A DNA stretch of 64,000 nt, taken from contig JBKQSP010000033.1 of NCBI GenBank assembly GCA_052143575.1, positions 10,161 through 74,160 on the forward strand, written 5' to 3'. The DNA is from Acidimicrobiales bacterium. GTDB taxonomy: Bacteria > Actinomycetota > Acidimicrobiia > Acidimicrobiales > Bog-793. This document shows positions 37,239 to 47,820 of the stretch, in pieces (positions within the stretch are counted from its first letter, which is position 1; every line of letters begins with the position of its first letter). Below the pieces are notes generated by a model. The model was not told the DNA's origin. It did not search any database and worked only from the letters and a program-made list of their open reading frames with translations. The translations under genes and the position numbers were made by a program.

Positions 37239-38804
37239 TCAGCTCGATGGCGACCTTCGGCGATGCCGGCGTGGCCGTCCTCGACGGCTGAGGTCCAGCG
37301 CCCAGCCCAGCGCCAGCATCGCCAGAGCAGCCAGCAGGACCGGCTCGTCGCCGAAGCGCTCGTACCACGTGCTGCCGTTCAGCAACGGGACGGAGGTCGT
37401 GATGACCTGCTCGGAGGAGAGTGGGGTGCGGGCTTCCACATGGCCGTCATTGTCGATGACTGCGCTGTAGCCGGTCGGTGCTGCCTGCAGCACGTAGCGG
37501 CCCTCCTCGATGGCCTGCAGCCGCGAGGCGGCGATCTCCTGGGCGGGCGCTTGCTCGCTGGAGTACGAGGAGGTGTTCGTCGGCACGAAGATGATCTTGC
37601 CGCCGGCGCGTACGCCGGAGCGCCCGCGATCGGCGAAGAAGACCTCGTAGGAGACAAGGACGGCGGCCTGCCCGACGGGCGTCGAGATCATGCCGGAGCC
37701 GTGCCCGGCTATGGCGTCGCGGGGGATGTCCTTCAGGTTGGCGAGATGCTTGAAGAAACCCCTCTCGGGCACGTATTCGCCGAACGGCACCCGATGGACC
37801 TTCTCGAAGGTGGCCACGAGCCGGCCGCTCGGTGAGAAGGCGACGATCTCGTTGCGGAACAACGTGGCCCCGACCGGGTAGGTCACGCCGGCGACAAGGG
37901 TGGCATCGTGGGCACGGGCGATGTCAGACAGCTGGCCGTAGGCGCTCGAGCCAACGAACGGCACGGTCAAGCCGACGACGTCCTCCGGCCAGAGGATCAA
38001 CTGGACGCCTCGTGGCACCTGAGCCGTCGCCCTGACGGCAGCGGCGAGGACGACCGATGCCGGCACTTGTAGCTGGTCGAGGCCGCGCCGACCGCCTCCC
38101 TGCACGATGGCGACGCGGATTTCTCCGTCGCTACCGGTGGGGGCACCTGCGGGCGGCGTGCCGGACCCGGTCCCGTTCGGGGCGAGGGCGGCCACGAGCG
38201 TGACGGCGACGGCGACGGCGATGCCGAGAGCGGCGGCCGGCCATCGCTGCCGAAAGGCGGCGGTATCCGCCGTGGCGCTCCCCGCCGGCGCCGCCGGCCT
38301 GGGCAGCACAGCGGCAATGGCGGCACCGGCCAGGACCGTCACGCCGACGACGAGCAGAGGCCCTCCGACGCGTGCCACCAGCCCGATGGGTCCGTCCATC
38401 TGGCCGAGCGGGAGCCCGCCGAGCGGGAGACCGCCGAAAGGCCAGTGCTGGCGTGCGAACTCGGCCAGGATCATCGCACCCGCGAGGGCAGGCAGGCGGC
38501 CGCGGCCGGGCGGAACGAGCACGCAGGCGACCGCCACGAAGGCGGCCTCGACGATGGAGAGGGCGATGTAGCCGGCGATGTTGAACTGGATGGCCCAGGC
38601 GAGCGAGATCGAGAACTGGCCGATACCTGCCAGCATCCCGAGCCCGAGACGGCCACGGAGCCGGCGACCGCCCAAGGCCCAGGCGATCGCGGCGATGCCG
38701 ACAATCGCCATCGGCCACCACCCGATGGGTGGGAGCGAGAGGCCGACGAGCGCCCCACCGACGAGGGCGGCGACGAGGTGGAGCCGGGCGGCGGCTGATC
38801 TCAT
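37239..38804 (-). CDS. lnt: Apolipoprotein N-acyltransferase
   Basis: It has a polytopic N-terminus and a C-terminal carbon-nitrogen hydrolase domain (VAIVQGG...ILWPE...VSYEVFF). Confidence 0.8.
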   Translation of the reverse strand: MRSAAARLHLVAALVGGALVGLSLPPIGWWPMAIVGIAAIAWALGGRRLRGRLGLGMLAGIGQFSISLAWAIQFNIAGYIALSIVEAAFVAVACVLVPPGRGRLPALAGAMILAEFARQHWPFGGLPLGGLPLGQMDGPIGLVARVGGPLLVVGVTVLAGAAIAAVLPRPAAPAGSATADTAAFRQRWPAAALGIAVAVAVTLVAALAPNGTGSGTPPAGAPTGSDGEIRVAIVQGGGRRGLDQLQVPASVVLAAAVRATAQVPRGVQLILWPEDVVGLTVPFVGSSAYGQLSDIARAHDATLVAGVTYPVGATLFRNEIVAFSPSGRLVATFEKVHRVPFGEYVPERGFFKHLANLKDIPRDAIAGHGSGMISTPVGQAAVLVSYEVFFADRGRSGVRAGGKIIFVPTNTSSYSSEQAPAQEIAASRLQAIEEGRYVLQAAPTGYSAVIDNDGHVEARTPLSSEQVITTSVPLLNGSTWYERFGDEPVLLAALAMLALGWALDLSRRGRPRRHRRRSPSS

Positions 38805-38834
38805 CGGGCGGCTCGTGTCATGCGGCGGCCGGCC

Positions 38835-40346
38835 TCATGCGACCGGCGGGACGGCGGTTCTCACAGCCTCGGCTGCCAGCTCCCCGCTGGTGATGCAGGC
38901 CGGAAGACCGATCCCGCCGAGTGCGGCTCCGGCCAGCGCCAGGGCCCCGCATTCGTGGAGGAGCCGTTGCACGGTGCCCATTCGGGCGGCGAAGCCGGGC
39001 GCGTACTGCGGGAAGGCCTCGGCCCAGCGCTGCACGCGGCAGTCGCTCACCGGAGCGGTGACGCCTGCCACGGTGGCCAGCTCGGCGACGAGCGCCTCAC
39101 TGAGCTCGCCGTCGCTGAGCGAGTCGATCCGCCGGTCGCCGTGGCGTCCTGCGGAAACGCGGGCGAGCGGGCGCTCGGGCGACCCGGTCGATACCCACGG
39201 CCACTTCTGACTGAGCAGAGTGAGGGCGGTCATGAGCGTTCCCTCCAGCCGGGGCACGAGGATCCCGCTCCAGGCGGAAACGTCGTCGGGCATGGCCTCG
39301 TCGAAGGCGAAGGTGACGACGGCGACGCTCCCGTAGCTGATGGTGCTCAGCTGTTCGGCAGCCTCGAGTGCCACCTCTTGCAGGAGGCCGGCGGCGTGGG
39401 CAGCGGGGAGCGCAAGCACGACGCCGTCGGCGGTGACCTCTCCACCGGCGAACTCGACGGTGTAGCCGGACTGGTTGCTCGCTCGCCGGAGCCGCCGTGC
39501 CGGGCAGCCGAGGCGCACGTCGCAACCGAGGTGTCGGAGCTCGCCCTCGAGCCCGCCCACGAGACGGCCGAGGCCACCCGCCAGACCGAGGAAGGGCGAC
39601 GGGCGTTTCTCGTCGCTCCCGCCGGTGCCGGCGCTCCGCAGCGGGGCGATCACGTCGCTGTGGCCGACGAGGAGGCGAGCGATCTGGGGGGCGACCGTGC
39701 CGAGCGACAGGTTGTCGATGCTGCCGGCGTTGATGCCGCCGATGAGCGGGTCGATGAGGCGGTCAACGATCTCGTCGCCGAGGCGAGGGCGCAGGATGGC
39801 GCCGGCCGACCGCTCCCGGCCCGCATCGGTGGCGCCTCCCGCCTCGAGCCCGACGTCGGCAGCCTCCAGGACGGGACCCGGCCGCTCGGCGTCGCCGGCG
39901 GCGAACTCGACGCCTTGCCGCCCCACGATGCCGCTCATCGCCACGGCCTCGAGGTCGGTCGGGATGCCGAGGACGAGCCCAGCCGGGAGCTGGCGGGGCC
40001 TGCCGGCTGCATAGACGGCGGCTGAGGCGGCGGCTGGTGCGACGAGGTCGTCGCCGAGCCCGAGCAGGCGGCACAGCCGCTCCGCGCTCGGGTTGCGCCG
40101 CAGGAACTGATCCGGGCCGAGCTCCACCGGACCACCGGCGAACGAACCCGTCAGCACCTTGCCACCGAGTCGCTCCGACGCCTCGAGGAGGACGACCTCG
40201 TCAACGGCCGCAGCGGCGGCCCATCGTCTCTCCGGCGGGGAGGCGTCGGCGCCGGGCGGCGGCTCGCTCACGGGCGCGGCGCCGGCGAGGAAGCGGGCGG
40301 CCGCCAGCCCGCTGATGCCGCCACCGATCACGACGAAGCGACTCAT
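38835..40346 (-). CDS. hemY: Protoporphyrinogen/coproporphyrinogen III oxidase (HemY/CgoX), FAD-dependent
   Basis: It has the N-terminal dinucleotide fold [17 protein letters not shown]. The ATG overlaps the hemH stop (ATGA). It is the last gene of the hemE-hemH-hemY operon. Confidence 0.85.
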   Translation of the reverse strand: MSRFVVIGGGISGLAAARFLAGAAPVSEPPPGADASPPERRWAAAAAVDEVVLLEASERLGGKVLTGSFAGGPVELGPDQFLRRNPSAERLCRLLGLGDDLVAPAAASAAVYAAGRPRQLPAGLVLGIPTDLEAVAMSGIVGRQGVEFAAGDAERPGPVLEAADVGLEAGGATDAGRERSAGAILRPRLGDEIVDRLIDPLIGGINAGSIDNLSLGTVAPQIARLLVGHSDVIAPLRSAGTGGSDEKRPSPFLGLAGGLGRLVGGLEGELRHLGCDVRLGCPARRLRRASNQSGYTVEFAGGEVTADGVVLALPAAHAAGLLQEVALEAAEQLSTISYGSVAVVTFAFDEAMPDDVSAWSGILVPRLEGTLMTALTLLSQKWPWVSTGSPERPLARVSAGRHGDRRIDSLSDGELSEALVAELATVAGVTAPVSDCRVQRWAEAFPQYAPGFAARMGTVQRLLHECGALALAGAALGGIGLPACITSGELAAEAVRTAVPPVA

Positions 40347-41341
40347 GGCTGCCCGGCTCCCGCCTGCCCGGCTCCCGCCTGCCCGGCTCCCGCCTGCCGG
40401 GTTGCTTTCGGCGCCGCCTGCAGGACGAGACCGGCCAAGGCGGCGCAGAGGCGGGCGTCGGCGTTGAGCGATGCCGTGCGTGCAAAGCGGAGCCCGAGCC
40501 CTTCGGCCACCGCCGTGGCCTCGATGTCGAGGTCATAGCTGATCTCGAGGTGGTCGGAGGTGAAGCCGGCCGGGCAGACGACGGCGCCTCGAGCTCCCTC
40601 GGCGGGAAGGCGCCGGAGCACCTCGAGGACGTCGGGGCCGAGCCAGGGCTCGGGCGTCCGGCCGGCGCTCTGCCAGCAGACGCGCCAGCGCCCCGCCCCG
40701 CTGGCCGCCGCCACGAGGCCGGCTGTCTCGAGCACCCGCCGGTCGTAGCCGTCGCCGCCCTCGACGATCCGTTTCGGCAGGCTGTGCGCCGTCACGAGCA
40801 GCTCGATGCCGGGGTCGGAGGGCTCGGCCCCGACGGTGGCGAAGGCCACTCGCACGCGTTCGGCGAGCAGGTCGATGAGGACGGGATGCTCGTGCCAGTC
40901 CCGCACGGCGCCCAGCGACAGGTCGTGCGCCTCCGCTGCCGCCTCCGCCCTCGCCAGGTACTCGCCGACACTCCCGGCCGAGTAGTGGGGCGCCAGGACG
41001 AGCGCCACGAGGCGGTCGATGCCGTCTGCGGCCATCGCCGCCACGGCCTGCTCGATCGAGGGCTGGGCATGCTTGGCACCGAAGCGGCACGAGAAGCCAC
41101 CCGGAGCGACCGCATCGAGGGCCGCTTGCACGCCTGCGACCTGCTCGGCCGTGCGAGCAGCCAGCTGGGAGATGCCGCCCACGGCGGCATAGCGTCGCTG
41201 CAGGTCGGCGAGCTGCTCGGAGCTGGGCGGCCGCCCGCGGCGGACGTCGGTGTAGAAAGCCTCGACATCCTCGGGTCGAGCCGGCGTCCCATAGGCCATG
41301 AGGAGGACACCGGTGGGGGCGCCCGGCAGCTGGGCGCTCAC
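40343..41341 (-). CDS. hemH: Ferrochelatase (likely coproporphyrin ferrochelatase)
   Basis: It contains [10 protein letters not shown] and LLVTAHSLP. The C-terminal tail ends in (AGQAG)x3. Confidence 0.9.
   Translation of the reverse strand: MSAQLPGAPTGVLLMAYGTPARPEDVEAFYTDVRRGRPPSSEQLADLQRRYAAVGGISQLAARTAEQVAGVQAALDAVAPGGFSCRFGAKHAQPSIEQAVAAMAADGIDRLVALVLAPHYSAGSVGEYLARAEAAAEAHDLSLGAVRDWHEHPVLIDLLAERVRVAFATVGAEPSDPGIELLVTAHSLPKRIVEGGDGYDRRVLETAGLVAAASGAGRWRVCWQSAGRTPEPWLGPDVLEVLRRLPAEGARGAVVCPAGFTSDHLEISYDLDIEATAVAEGLGLRFARTASLNADARLCAALAGLVLQAAPKATRQAGAGQAGAGQAGAGQP
40349..40400. repeat. Tandem repeat: 15-bp unit CTGCCCGGCTCCCGC, three perfect copies plus a partial copy
   Basis: The copies at 40349-40363, 40364-40378 and 40379-40393 are identical, and 40394-40400 is a partial copy. 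The repeat encodes the QAGAG repeats at the extreme C-terminus of HemH, next to the hemH/hemY overlap. Confidence 0.9.
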
Positions 41342-42378
41342 TCGGCGCTCCGGCCCGTCGTGCGGGCGTGCACGAAGTCGACGACCGCTTCGAGGACGTC
41401 CGGGTCAGTCTCGGGCAGGACGCCGTGGCCGAGGTTGAAGACATGACCCGGCAAACCGGCGGCCTCCTCGAGCACCTTGCCGGCGGCTCGCAGCACGACC
41501 TCGACGGGGGCGAGGCAGATGGCCGGATCGAGGTTGCCCTGCAGGGCGACGCCGGGGCCGAGCCGTTCGGCGGCGGCGCCGAGAGGGACGCGCCAGTCGA
41601 CACCGACGACGTCGGCGCCAGCCTGCGCCATGAGGCCGAGGATCTCCCCCGTACCGACGCCGAAGTGGATCCTCGGGACGCCGAGGTCGGCGAGCCCGCT
41701 GAGGATGTTGCGCGAGGCGGGGAGGACGAATTCGGTGTACTCGTCGGGCGAGAGGGCGCCCGCCCAGCTGTCGAAGAGCTGGACGGCAGAGGCGCCCGCT
41801 CTCACCTGTGCGCGCAGGGTCGCCAGAGAGATGTCCGCCAAGCGGTCGACGAGGCGGTGCCAGCTGGCGGGCTCGGTGTGCATGAGGCGCTTCGTCAGGC
41901 CGAAGGTCCGCGACGGGCCCCCCTCGACGAGATAGCTGGCGAGGGTGAAGGGAGCCCCGGCGAAGCCGATGAGGGGGACATCCAACTCGCCAACCAGGAT
42001 TTTCACGGTTTCGAGGACGTGAGCGAGATCGACGTCGGGCTCGATGGGCCGAAGGCGGGCGACGTCGTCGTCATGGCGGAAGGCCTGGCCGAGGACGGGA
42101 CCGCGGCCGGGCACGATGTCAATTCCCACGCCGACGGCGACGAGCGGCACGACGATGTCGGAGAAGAGGATGGCGGCGTCGACGCCGTAGCGCCGCACGG
42201 GCTGCATCGTGAGCTCGGCCGCCACCTCGGGGTGGGCGATGGCGTCGAGGATGTTGCCGTCAGCCCGTAAAGCCCGGTACTCCGGGAGCGATCTCCCAGC
42301 TTGGCGCATGAACCAGACCGGGGTGTGTGGCACGGGCTCCCGCCGGCAGGCTCGTAGGAAGGCGTCGCCGGGGAGCAC
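41338..42378 (-). CDS. hemE: Uroporphyrinogen decarboxylase
   Basis: It contains [15 protein letters not shown] and a C-terminal [12 protein letters not shown]. Confidence 0.95.
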   Translation of the reverse strand: MLPGDAFLRACRREPVPHTPVWFMRQAGRSLPEYRALRADGNILDAIAHPEVAAELTMQPVRRYGVDAAILFSDIVVPLVAVGVGIDIVPGRGPVLGQAFRHDDDVARLRPIEPDVDLAHVLETVKILVGELDVPLIGFAGAPFTLASYLVEGGPSRTFGLTKRLMHTEPASWHRLVDRLADISLATLRAQVRAGASAVQLFDSWAGALSPDEYTEFVLPASRNILSGLADLGVPRIHFGVGTGEILGLMAQAGADVVGVDWRVPLGAAAERLGPGVALQGNLDPAICLAPVEVVLRAAGKVLEEAAGLPGHVFNLGHGVLPETDPDVLEAVVDFVHARTTGRSAE

Positions 42379-42585
42379 GCCGCGACCATATCCCGGTCAG
42401 TCCGAAGGCCTGTGTCGCCAGCTCGGCGGGCCGCTCGGCGACCCGCCGGGACCGTGTTCGCACAAGGCCGCAACGGGGCGGCGGGCGAGCCGCCGGAGCG
42501 GCCGAGGGGCCGCCGGGGGGCGGTGAGAGCCGTCCTGACTTCATGTCTGGCCCGCTGCCCGTCGCATCGGCTAAGAAATGCACCC

Positions 42586-43185
42586 ATGGCAGACGCGACG
42601 GCAGCCCTCGAGCGGTCACGCCCCGGCGGCCATCCCGTTGCGGAGCGGCCTCAGCTGCTCGCGGTCGGCGTCATCATCTGGCTCGGTTCCGAGTTCATGT
42701 TCTTCAGCGGCCTCTTCGCCGCCTTCTTCACCATCCGGGCGGCCGCTGCGGTCTGGCCGCCGCCGGGTACCAAGCTCGACACGATCCAGGCCGCCATCTT
42801 CTCCGTCGTCCTGCTCGCCTCCAGCCCGACGATGCAGTTCGGCGTCTGGGCGCAGGAGCGCGGCGACTACAAGAAGGCCAAGGCCTGGATAGCCACGAGC
42901 TTCATCCTCGGGGCTGCCTTCCTTGCCAACCAGGCCTACGAGTGGAGAACGTTGGGTTTCAAGCCCTCGACCAACTCCTACCAGTCCCTCTTCTTCATCA
43001 TGACCGGCCTGCACGGGCTCCACGTGCTCCTCGGTCTCGTCGCCATGATCGCATTGCTCGGGCGCCTTGCCGGCTCGAAGAACGACCCCGGCGAGACGGC
43101 CGTCTACCAGGGGGTCAGCTACTACTGGCACTTCGTCGACATCATGTGGATCGGGCTGTTCAGCGCGCTCTTCCTGCTCTCCTGA
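42586..43185 (+). CDS. ctaE: Cytochrome c oxidase subunit III
   Basis: The ATG at 42586 is in the frame of ORF 42412..43185. It contains FMFFSGLFAAFF, GLHGLHVLLG and YWHFVDIMWI. Confidence 0.9.
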   Translation: MADATAALERSRPGGHPVAERPQLLAVGVIIWLGSEFMFFSGLFAAFFTIRAAAAVWPPPGTKLDTIQAAIFSVVLLASSPTMQFGVWAQERGDYKKAKAWIATSFILGAAFLANQAYEWRTLGFKPSTNSYQSLFFIMTGLHGLHVLLGLVAMIALLGRLAGSKNDPGETAVYQGVSYYWHFVDIMWIGLFSALFLLS

Positions 43186-43197
43186 GATGACCTGAGC

Positions 43198-44133
43198 ATG
43201 CGCCTCCTCCGTCGCTTCCTCGTACCGTTCGCCGTCCTCGTGCTGGCGGCCGCTCTCGGCACCTTCGTGCTCGGCCGCGTCCATGTCGCCGCCTCCTCCC
43301 CCGCCATGCAGAACCCGGGCATGAAGCTGACGTCATCGGACAGCCTGGACAACGCCGGCATGATCGCCGCCGGCCGCATCCTGTTCACCCAGACGTGCTC
43401 GACGTGCCACGGCGGGGAGGCACAAGGCTCCACGCTCGGCCCGAGCCTGCAGGGCGTCGGTGGCGCCACCGTGGACCTGTGGCTCTCGGCCGGCTGGATG
43501 CCGTTGCGCACGCCGGAGACCCAGCCGGAGGCGAAGCCGGTCTACCTCTCTCGTACCCAGATCGACGAGATCGTGGCCTACGTCGTCTCCCTCAAGCCCG
43601 GCGGCGTCCCCGTCCCGACGAACATCCCGCTCAATTCGGCCAACGCCGCCGACGGGTTCTTCGTGTTCTCACTCAACTGCGCCCCCTGTCACACCATCAC
43701 CGGCGCCGGCGACGCCCTCGCCAGCGGCGTGCACGCCCCGTCGCTGCACGGCGCCACGCCGACCGAGGTGCTCGAGGCGATCCGCACCGGGCCGCAGAAC
43801 ATGCCGCGCTTCGGTCCCGGTGACATCTCGCCCCAGCAGGCTCTCGACGTCGTGCTCTACGTGACGAAGTACATCAAGACGCCGACGAACATCGGTGGCA
43901 TCGGACTCGGCGGCGTCGGCCCGGTGGCGGAGGGTTTCGTCGGCCTCTTCGTCGGTGTCGGCGTCTGCCTGCTGGCGGCCTACTGGGTGGGGGACCGCAC
44001 GGCGCGCGACGACGAGGACAGCCACGGGCACGGCGAGGCTGAGGAGAGCGACGACGACGACGGCAGCGGGGCCGGCGAGACGGCGGAGACCGGCGACACC
44101 GCCGGGGAAGAGATCGAGAACGCGGATGCGTGA
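43198..44133 (+). CDS. qcrC: Cytochrome bc1 complex diheme cytochrome c subunit
   Basis: It has two CxxCH motifs (CSTCHG and CAPCHT), a C-terminal TM helix and an acidic tail. Confidence 0.9.
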   Translation: MRLLRRFLVPFAVLVLAAALGTFVLGRVHVAASSPAMQNPGMKLTSSDSLDNAGMIAAGRILFTQTCSTCHGGEAQGSTLGPSLQGVGGATVDLWLSAGWMPLRTPETQPEAKPVYLSRTQIDEIVAYVVSLKPGGVPVPTNIPLNSANAADGFFVFSLNCAPCHTITGAGDALASGVHAPSLHGATPTEVLEAIRTGPQNMPRFGPGDISPQQALDVVLYVTKYIKTPTNIGGIGLGGVGPVAEGFVGLFVGVGVCLLAAYWVGDRTARDDEDSHGHGEAEESDDDDGSGAGETAETGDTAGEEIENADA

Positions 44134-44187
44134 AGGCGAAGGGGCGCTGGAGCAGATGCCTGAGCGCGCAGAGAGGACCGCAGGGGC

Positions 44188-45135
44188 GTGAGCGTCACGG
44201 GGGACAAGCAGGGCGAGGGCACGCCCGTCACGATCCGGCTCGACGCCGACCAGTACAAGGTGGCGGCGGCCAAGCCGCAGCAGATGGAGTGGACGGTCGC
44301 CGTCACGTTCCTGCTCGGGCTGGCCGGCTTCATGGGCTTCGGCGCCGCCTACTGGGTGAACGCCTCCAACTTCTGGCTCGGCGTGTCCCTCGGGGTCGGG
44401 TTCCTCGGGCTCGGGGTCGGCATGGTGGCATGGGGCAAGTACCTCATGCCACGCGGCCCCTTCTCGGAGTCCCGTCACTCGATGGTGCCGACCCAGGCTG
44501 AGAAGGACCGCATCATCGGCGACTTCTCGAGCCGCGGGAAAGTCGTCATCGAGCGGCGGACCTTCCTCACGAAGATCCTCGGAGCCGCCGGCGCCGTGTT
44601 CGGCGTCGTCGCCCTCTTCCCGCTCGTACGCTCGCTCGGGCCGTTGCCGAAGAGCTTCTCGCAGGCGACAACCTGGCACAAGGACTCGTTCCTCGTGAAG
44701 ATCGACGGGAGCAAGGTGCACGTCGACGACGTCGAGTTCGGCGGCATGCTCACCGTCTTTCCCGACGGCGACGCCGGCGGTGCCCTCTCCCAGACGATGC
44801 TCGTGCGCCAGCAGCCTCCGGCCGGTGAGACGAACATCGTCACGGCTCCGGGCCGCGAGACCTGGAGCCCGCTCGGTTACATGGCCTTCTCGAAGGTCTG
44901 CACGCACGCCGGCTGCCCGATCGGTCTCTACCAACAGCAGACGCACCAGTTGCTGTGCCCCTGCCACCAGTCGCTCTTCGACGTCGGGCCGGGCAAGGAC
45001 GCCGTCCCGGTGTTCGGCCCGGCGCCTCGGCCGCTGCCCCAGTTGCCCCTCTACATCGACGCTGACGGGTTCTTGAGGGCGCAGGCGCCCTACGACCAGC
45101 CGGTGGGACCGAGCTTCTGGTGGCGCCGTGATTAA
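44188..45135 (+). CDS. qcrA: Cytochrome bc1 complex Rieske iron-sulfur subunit
   Basis: The Rieske motifs are CTHAGCP and CPCHQSLF. It has three N-terminal TM helices. Confidence 0.9.
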   Translation: MSVTGDKQGEGTPVTIRLDADQYKVAAAKPQQMEWTVAVTFLLGLAGFMGFGAAYWVNASNFWLGVSLGVGFLGLGVGMVAWGKYLMPRGPFSESRHSMVPTQAEKDRIIGDFSSRGKVVIERRTFLTKILGAAGAVFGVVALFPLVRSLGPLPKSFSQATTWHKDSFLVKIDGSKVHVDDVEFGGMLTVFPDGDAGGALSQTMLVRQQPPAGETNIVTAPGRETWSPLGYMAFSKVCTHAGCPIGLYQQQTHQLLCPCHQSLFDVGPGKDAVPVFGPAPRPLPQLPLYIDADGFLRAQAPYDQPVGPSFWWRRD

Positions 45136-46732
45136 CGCCCTCTACGACTGGATCGACAACCGTTTGAACATCTCCGGTGGCGGCCGGAAGATGGTCAACA
45201 AGATCTTCCCGGACCACTGGTCGTTCATGATCGGTGAGATCGCCCTCTATTCCTTCGTGATCCTGCTGGCCACGGGCGTCTTCCTCACGCTCTACTTCGT
45301 GCCGTCGTCCACCGACGTCGTCTACAACGGTCCCTACCTGCCCCTCGACGGCGTCCACATGTCCGAGGCGTATCTCTCCACGATCAACCTGAGCTTCAGC
45401 GTGCGCTGCGGGCTGTTGATGCGCCAGATGCACCACTGGGCGGCGAACATCTTCGTCGGCGCCATCGTCGTGCACATGTGCCGGGTGTTCTTCACCGGCG
45501 GCTTCCGCCGCCCACGCGAGCTCAACTGGATCATCGGCATGAACATGCTGATCCTGGCGATCTTCGAGGGTTTCCTCGGCTACTCGCTGCCGGACGACCT
45601 CGTCTCGGGAACGGGCATCCGCATCTCGTACTCGATCCTCGAGACGCTCCCGTTGGTCGGCACCTACCTTGCCAACTTCCTCTTCGGTGGATCCTTCCCC
45701 GGTACCGCCCTCATCCCGCGCTTCTTCATCATCCACGTGCTCATCCTGCCTGCGATCATCGCCGGGCTCCTCGGCGGCCACCTCACGCTGCTCGTCCGAC
45801 AGAAGCACACCCAGTTCAAGGGCCACGGCGCCACCGAGCACAACGTCGTCGGGGCACCCATGTGGCCGACGTTCATCGCCAAGACGAACGGCTTCCTGCT
45901 CCTCGTGGCCGCCGTGACAGCCATCCTGGCGGCCGCCGTGCAGATCAACCCGATCTGGCTCTACGGCCCCTACCGGCCCTACGTCGTCACCTACGCCGTC
46001 CAGCCCGACTGGTACATGGGCTGGCTCGATGGCGGCCTCCGCATCATGCCGCACTGGCAGACGGTCATCGGCGGTCGCGTCTTCTTCCCGAACGCCTTCT
46101 GGCCTGCCATCGTCCTGCCGGGCATCACGTTCACCGTCCTCATGCTGTGGCCTTTCATCGAGCAGCGCCTCACGGGCGACCGTGAGGACCACCAGCTGCT
46201 CGACCGCCCGCGGGACCGCCCGAAGCGAACGGCTCTCGGAGCGGCCGTTCTCAGCTTCTACTTCGTGTTGTTCGGGGCGAGCGCGACCGACGTTCTCGCC
46301 AACTACCTGAACGTCTCCCTGAACGCCGTGCTGACGTCGTTCCAGGTCCTCGTCTTCGTCGTGCCGATCGTGACGTATCCCGTGGCGCTCAAGATCTGCC
46401 GCGAGCTGCAGGCGACGGCGGGCGGTGGCAAGACGAAGGTGCACAACATCGTCATCCGCAGCGCCGAGGGCGGGTACTCGGCGGTACCTTCACAGTCTCG
46501 CCCCGGAGACGCCGTTCCCGAGCTCGAGCCGGTGGCGCTCGACACGAGCATCGTCCTGCCCGCCCTCGTTGGGTCGCCGTCCTATGAGGCGGTGGACCGC
46601 TCCGGGCTCGGCGCCCGGGCGGCAGCCGCCGACGGACTCGGCGACGGGAACGGCACGGCGGGGACGACCGACGGCAACGGTGGCGCGCCGGCCCGTCGCG
46701 GCGTCTTCCGCATCCCTCGCAACTACCGCTGA
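45128..46732 (+). CDS. qcrB: Cytochrome bc1 complex cytochrome b subunit
   Basis: It contains RQMHHWAANIFVGAIVVHM and is polytopic. It overlaps the qcrA stop. Confidence 0.95.
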   Translation: MINALYDWIDNRLNISGGGRKMVNKIFPDHWSFMIGEIALYSFVILLATGVFLTLYFVPSSTDVVYNGPYLPLDGVHMSEAYLSTINLSFSVRCGLLMRQMHHWAANIFVGAIVVHMCRVFFTGGFRRPRELNWIIGMNMLILAIFEGFLGYSLPDDLVSGTGIRISYSILETLPLVGTYLANFLFGGSFPGTALIPRFFIIHVLILPAIIAGLLGGHLTLLVRQKHTQFKGHGATEHNVVGAPMWPTFIAKTNGFLLLVAAVTAILAAAVQINPIWLYGPYRPYVVTYAVQPDWYMGWLDGGLRIMPHWQTVIGGRVFFPNAFWPAIVLPGITFTVLMLWPFIEQRLTGDREDHQLLDRPRDRPKRTALGAAVLSFYFVLFGASATDVLANYLNVSLNAVLTSFQVLVFVVPIVTYPVALKICRELQATAGGGKTKVHNIVIRSAEGGYSAVPSQSRPGDAVPELEPVALDTSIVLPALVGSPSYEAVDRSGLGARAAAADGLGDGNGTAGTTDGNGGAPARRGVFRIPRNYR

Positions 46733-46832
46733 GGCCCTGCGGGCAGGAGACGCACGCCTGAGGAATTGCCCGCAAGCTCGTAGGCGTCCCCGACGTCTGC
46801 AGACTGTGGGACTCGCACGATTCGCACGAGCG

Positions 46833-47735
46833 ATGCAGGCTCGAGGCCGGGAGACGGCCTTCCTCGTCCTCGTCCTCGCCCTCGCCGGCTGTTCTGCCAC
46901 GGGCGTACGAGCCGGAACCGCCATCACAGCGACGACACGGGCGACCTCCACGACGGCGGTGACGACGACGACGGCGCCGACGACCGTCTACTACCTGTCG
47001 CTCGGCGACTCCGTCGGCATGTGGGACGGCCGCCGCTCCTACCCCTACCTCATCGCCGCCTACTACCGGGCTGCAGGGCTTTCCCGGCTCCGATTGGTGG
47101 ACATGTCGTGTTCGGGAGAGACGACGTCCTCGATGATCTCGCACTCGACCTGTGCTCCCGGCGGATCTCAGTACCGCAACGCCGTGAGGTTTCTTCGCGT
47201 CCATCGGGGGGCCGTTGCACTCGTGACGATCGGGATCGGGGGCAACGACGTCGTCGGATGCGCCAGCCTCACGATCGACACCGGTTGTCTGGCGACAGGG
47301 CTGCGGCTCATGCAGGCAAACCTCGCCCTCATCCTGGCGGGGCTCCGCACGGCTGCCGGTCCCGCCGTCCGCTTTGTCGGCATGAACATCTACGACCCCC
47401 TCCTCGGCAACTGGCTGGCACCCGGCGCCGGCCGCGCTCTCGCTCTGGCTGCCGTCGCCGCAGTGAGGCGCCTCAGCAACGACATGGACGAGCGATTGGC
47501 GGCCGCCTCCATGCCGGTGGCGAACGTCGAAGGCGCCTTCGACTCGAACGACATGGGGCGATTCGTGTCATCGCCCTGGGGCAGGGTGCCCGTGGCGGTC
47601 GACCGTGCCTGCCAGCTGCTCGACATCACGTGTCGTGCCGGCGTCGTCGAAGGCTTCGGGGACGACCCGAACGACGCCGGCGCCGTCGTGATCGCCCGCA
47701 CTTTCGAGCACGTGATCGGTGTGCTGCGCCCGTAG
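46833..47735 (+). CDS. SGNH/GDSL-family hydrolase lipoprotein
   Basis: The ATG at 46833 is followed by the lipobox LALAGCS and a Thr-rich linker. It has block I YYLSLGDSVG and block III TIGIGGNDV. Confidence 0.75.
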   Translation: MQARGRETAFLVLVLALAGCSATGVRAGTAITATTRATSTTAVTTTTAPTTVYYLSLGDSVGMWDGRRSYPYLIAAYYRAAGLSRLRLVDMSCSGETTSSMISHSTCAPGGSQYRNAVRFLRVHRGAVALVTIGIGGNDVVGCASLTIDTGCLATGLRLMQANLALILAGLRTAAGPAVRFVGMNIYDPLLGNWLAPGAGRALALAAVAAVRRLSNDMDERLAAASMPVANVEGAFDSNDMGRFVSSPWGRVPVAVDRACQLLDITCRAGVVEGFGDDPNDAGAVVIARTFEHVIGVLRP

Positions 47736-47820
47736 CGGGTCGGGCCGATGGGGAGCACCGCGGGTTCGTGCCCCGCCAGCCACGCCTATCGATACGTGAT
47801 CGTCTCGTTACCGCAATACG

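Noticed and set aside
37027-37368. Small ORFs in the convergent gap between gtrA and lnt (37027..37368 minus, 37049..37291 plus).
   Set aside because: They overlap the lnt 3' end or each other, have Arg/Ala/Pro-rich translations and contain no motifs. They are probably non-coding.
40349-40400. Considered whether the 15-bp tandem repeat could be a miniature CRISPR-like or spacer-containing array.
   Set aside because: The units are directly adjacent with no spacers, are only 15 bp long, lie inside the hemH coding sequence, and no cas genes are present.
7100-46732. The clustering of ctaAB, ctaCDF, hemEHY and ctaE-qcrCAB as a novel respiratory island.
   Set aside because: The gene content and sub-operon structures (ctaE-qcrCAB, ctaC/ctaF, hemE-hemH-hemY) are standard for Actinobacteria. 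The co-location is noted in the summary but is not evidence of anything new.
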